Below, piece by piece: positions 61,336 to 64,000 of a stretch of DNA of 64,000 nt (positions are counted from its first letter, which is position 1; each line of letters starts with the position of its first letter). Made by a program: the position numbers and the translations under genes. Location: assembly GCA_000165345.1 (NCBI GenBank), contig CM000430.1, forward strand, positions 320,001-384,000. Direction: 5' to 3'. Below the pieces are notes generated by a model that had not been told where the DNA came from, searched no databases, and worked only from the letters and a program-made list of their open reading frames with translations.

Positions 61336-64000
61336 ATGCATTTTGAAAGCTCAGACAATAAAATTAAAGAACAAATTACTTTTTTGCTTAATAATGAAAA
61401 CACAAATTTCGATTCTTCAAAAGCAGAATTAATAAAGAGCTTAATTTTTTCTTGGAAAATATTTTCAGAGCGTATGGATATAGAGAGTGCGGAACAATTT
61501 ACAAATAGATTTATTAGCCTAATTGGGGAACATGTTTTTTCACAGTATTATACTACAAATGGAAAAATTAAACGCTTCTACACTCATTACGAAAATCCAT
61601 TTATAGTTTACTTGCATGTTTTGTACTTAAAATTTAGTCTAGGGAACTTTTCTGGTCCAATTTCTTGCACAAGCCTATTAAATATCTTGTTTGGTGATTG
61701 CAATACAGAATTTTCAAGGATTTTATATAGAATTCACATTTTTAAGATTCAGAATATGCTTCTTTTGATATCCTCTTATTATTTAAATATTAATTGGGGA
61801 TATATTTACAAATTAATTCCAGGGATATCAAATTTTAACTGTTCTAATGATGCATACTACACTCGAAATATTAAGAATAGAGGCGATGACTCGGCCATAG
61901 GTTTTATCGATTCTAATTTGCCTAGATATAACATTCACTTAAGCTCGTTTTTGGTTTTAAGAGATTGTATTTATATTGTGTTTTCATTAATTTATTATTC
62001 AAAAAGCAGAGATCTTGATGACTTTATAATCGATAATTATTGCGGACTACTAAAGGACATGACTTATCAAAAAACTCTATTATTGACTGGCCCTAAAATT
62101 TCAAACACAAATAATAGACTTACAGGTTCATTTAAATTAAAGGAAAGGTCTTGTATCACCTCAGCAATACCCCTGTTATATGTTTTAATACAATTTATTT
62201 CTAACTCAAATGAAACGGAAACAGTTGTAAATGAAATCATGTCTAGGATAACTAACGAACATATAATTGATTCTGGGCAGTATTTGAAGGATAACAAATT
62301 TTGTAGCGGAAATAATTCAAGAATTGATATTTCAAGTCCACAATTTGTAATTTCTCTGAAACCTTCTTACAAGTTCCCCGATTATAATAAATGTATTGAT
62401 ATTTTACTTAAAGGAGGAGAATTTTTGTTTGTGTATCCAGCACCAAATTTTTTAAATCTTTTAATAAAGAGAATAAGAGGCAATTATACTTTTGATGTAG
62501 GAATAGGTGATTTCAGCAAAAAAAATATGAATGAAAGCAGATTAAGTGCACTATTAGAAGAATTTTTTCCGAAAGTAATGCTTAAACTATCTAAAGATTT
62601 GACACATTTGATCATTGAGGAAATATCAAATGAAACTAAGACTAGAGCTAGAGGCTTATCTACAATTAGTGTTGAGACTTATAAAGAGAAAGGGATTAGA
62701 TCTATCTTTAAAAGAAGACCCAAGAAAAAAAAAATCCCTATTGAAAATATTGTCGCTACAAGCATTGGTTATTCATCAAGGCCAGAATCTATTCCTATGC
62801 CGAGCCCTGGAATGAATATACCTTGTTTTTGCTGTATTCAAAGTGAGTTAGATGGCGCTTCATTATTTTATAGAACACTGAACATCCATACAAATAAAAG
62901 ATGTTTTAAATTACTTTCTGTTAAGACCCAAGATTTATGTGTTAAGCAATGGCATGCTATTATTAGGCAATTCATGGATTTAAAATTTCATCAAGTTCAA
63001 GCAAGTAATCCAATTTCAAAAAACTTAATTAAGATAACTAAAAGTAAGAAATACAATAAAATAGCAAATTGCTTACTTAATTCATGCAAAATAATTGATA
63101 AATGGTATGAAGAGGTTCTTCCAAAATGGGGAACACATTGGAATTGTAATTCAATGCCTGTTTCTATTCATAATTTATCTCTTAGCAGAAATCAAAATAT
63201 TAATAAGAATAGAAACGAATCTGAATATACAAAGCTTTATTTTGGAAAATATTTAAAGAATATTTCTCAGACATTTCAGCCGGATAGCTTCAATTTCTCG
63301 TTTTTTGGATCTCACTGGCTAAATCAAAATAATAGCATGCACATATTTGTGAATAGACCCAGATTAACCGTATTAAAATCATTTCAAAATTTAAAAGGAT
63401 ATTCAATGGAAAATGTTTGTTCTAGTGAGAATGGGAATAGCGTATCAAATTGGATTAATTTTTTGCAGTATAAATTACATAGTTCATATCCTTTGTACAC
63501 ATTTCCAATCATTGATAGAGGAGTAAGATTTGGAGCTCCCAATTCACAACTTTTGAGCGATCTATGGTCCATTGGAATTCCAAATGATATAAGGAATAAA
63601 ATTTGGAAAATAGCTTTGGGAAATGATTTGAAGGTATCAAATGAACTTTTTAATATTTTAAATTTACAAAGCAAATTAAATATAGATAAGAATGATGATA
63701 GTTCAACAAATTCTGTTATTTTTCGCTATGCTCTAGAAATACAGTACATTTTTTATAATAAAAAAAGGAATTCCAACATAGGCAAAAAGTTGTCACCTTA
63801 CATTGAAAGGAAAGTTGAAGTATTAAATTCCTCGGCATCATTTTACTATCCGTACTTTTTTTCACAGAAGTGCGGATTTGCAAGGGAATTTGATTACTCA
63901 ACTTTTAAATATGAAGAAGCCGATATTTCACTCCCGCTGATAAACACAGATGAGTATTTTATTGATATAAATAATGTTTATATTTCGAAAAGAATGATAA
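61336..64000 (+). CDS. Large hypothetical protein, N-terminal 888 aa, partial (continues past the window end). Possible RabGAP-TBC-like region near the window end.
   Basis: I translated codon by codon from ATG 61336 to 64000 and found no stop. It is absent from the ORF track because no stop falls in the window. Near the end, LWSIGIPNDIRNKIWKIALGN resembles the start of a TBC RabGAP domain (GIP..R..vW). The downstream IxxDxxR and YxQ motifs would lie beyond the window. Confidence 0.5.
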   Translation, partial: MHFESSDNKIKEQITFLLNNENTNFDSSKAELIKSLIFSWKIFSERMDIESAEQFTNRFISLIGEHVFSQYYTTNGKIKRFYTHYENPFIVYLHVLYLKFSLGNFSGPISCTSLLNILFGDCNTEFSRILYRIHIFKIQNMLLLISSYYLNINWGYIYKLIPGISNFNCSNDAYYTRNIKNRGDDSAIGFIDSNLPRYNIHLSSFLVLRDCIYIVFSLIYYSKSRDLDDFIIDNYCGLLKDMTYQKTLLLTGPKISNTNNRLTGSFKLKERSCITSAIPLLYVLIQFISNSNETETVVNEIMSRITNEHIIDSGQYLKDNKFCSGNNSRIDISSPQFVISLKPSYKFPDYNKCIDILLKGGEFLFVYPAPNFLNLLIKRIRGNYTFDVGIGDFSKKNMNESRLSALLEEFFPKVMLKLSKDLTHLIIEEISNETKTRARGLSTISVETYKEKGIRSIFKRRPKKKKIPIENIVATSIGYSSRPESIPMPSPGMNIPCFCCIQSELDGASLFYRTLNIHTNKRCFKLLSVKTQDLCVKQWHAIIRQFMDLKFHQVQASNPISKNLIKITKSKKYNKIANCLLNSCKIIDKWYEEVLPKWGTHWNCNSMPVSIHNLSLSRNQNINKNRNESEYTKLYFGKYLKNISQTFQPDSFNFSFFGSHWLNQNNSMHIFVNRPRLTVLKSFQNLKGYSMENVCSSENGNSVSNWINFLQYKLHSSYPLYTFPIIDRGVRFGAPNSQLLSDLWSIGIPNDIRNKIWKIALGNDLKVSNELFNILNLQSKLNIDKNDDSSTNSVIFRYALEIQYIFYNKKRNSNIGKKLSPYIERKVEVLNSSASFYYPYFFSQKCGFAREFDYSTFKYEEADISLPLINTDEYFIDINNVYISKRMI

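Overview
AT-rich (~30% GC), gene-dense nuclear DNA from a eukaryote with the standard genetic code. There are about 40 protein-coding genes in 64 kb, intergenic spacers of 10 to 900 bp, and many short introns of 43-84 nt with GTAAGT/GTAGGT donors. Gene content, Asn/Ser-rich low-complexity inserts, compactness and intron style fit an apicomplexan of the Cryptosporidium type. This is inference from composition and gene content, not a database match. The region is a housekeeping locus, not a prokaryotic accessory island. Genes recognised by homology: eIF3e, Pus7/TruD pseudouridine synthase, CorA/Mrs2 Mg2+ transporter, NPRL2 (GATOR1), LYAR-type Zn finger, ORC4, dolichol kinase, Vps26, MCM3, two Ser/Thr kinases (one NDR/LATS-family), tRNA adenosine deaminase TAD2, an EF-hand protein phosphatase (EFPP-type) with degenerate catalytic motifs, OST48, cyclophilin PPIL3, histone-fold protein, ING-like PHD protein, EF-hand protein, SWI3/SMARCC, ArfGAP, GDP-mannose pyrophosphorylase, DnaJ/Hsp40, HAL2/BPNT1-like nucleotidase, RNF5-type RING ligase, Hop/STI1 (short form), Ipi1/TEX10-like, one tRNA-Leu(UAA), plus secreted EGF/PAN and other secreted or membrane hypotheticals. 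Three technical points matter. (1) The supplied ORF track sometimes uses TTG as a start codon, so several real starts lie downstream or in upstream micro-exons. (2) At least six genes are split by introns, and the ORF track misses or truncates them (TAD2, ORC4, DnaJ, HAL2-like, RNF5, NDR kinase). (3) ORFs that run off either window edge are absent from the track but present in the sequence. I found no CRISPR array, no mobile element and no prokaryotic defence system.
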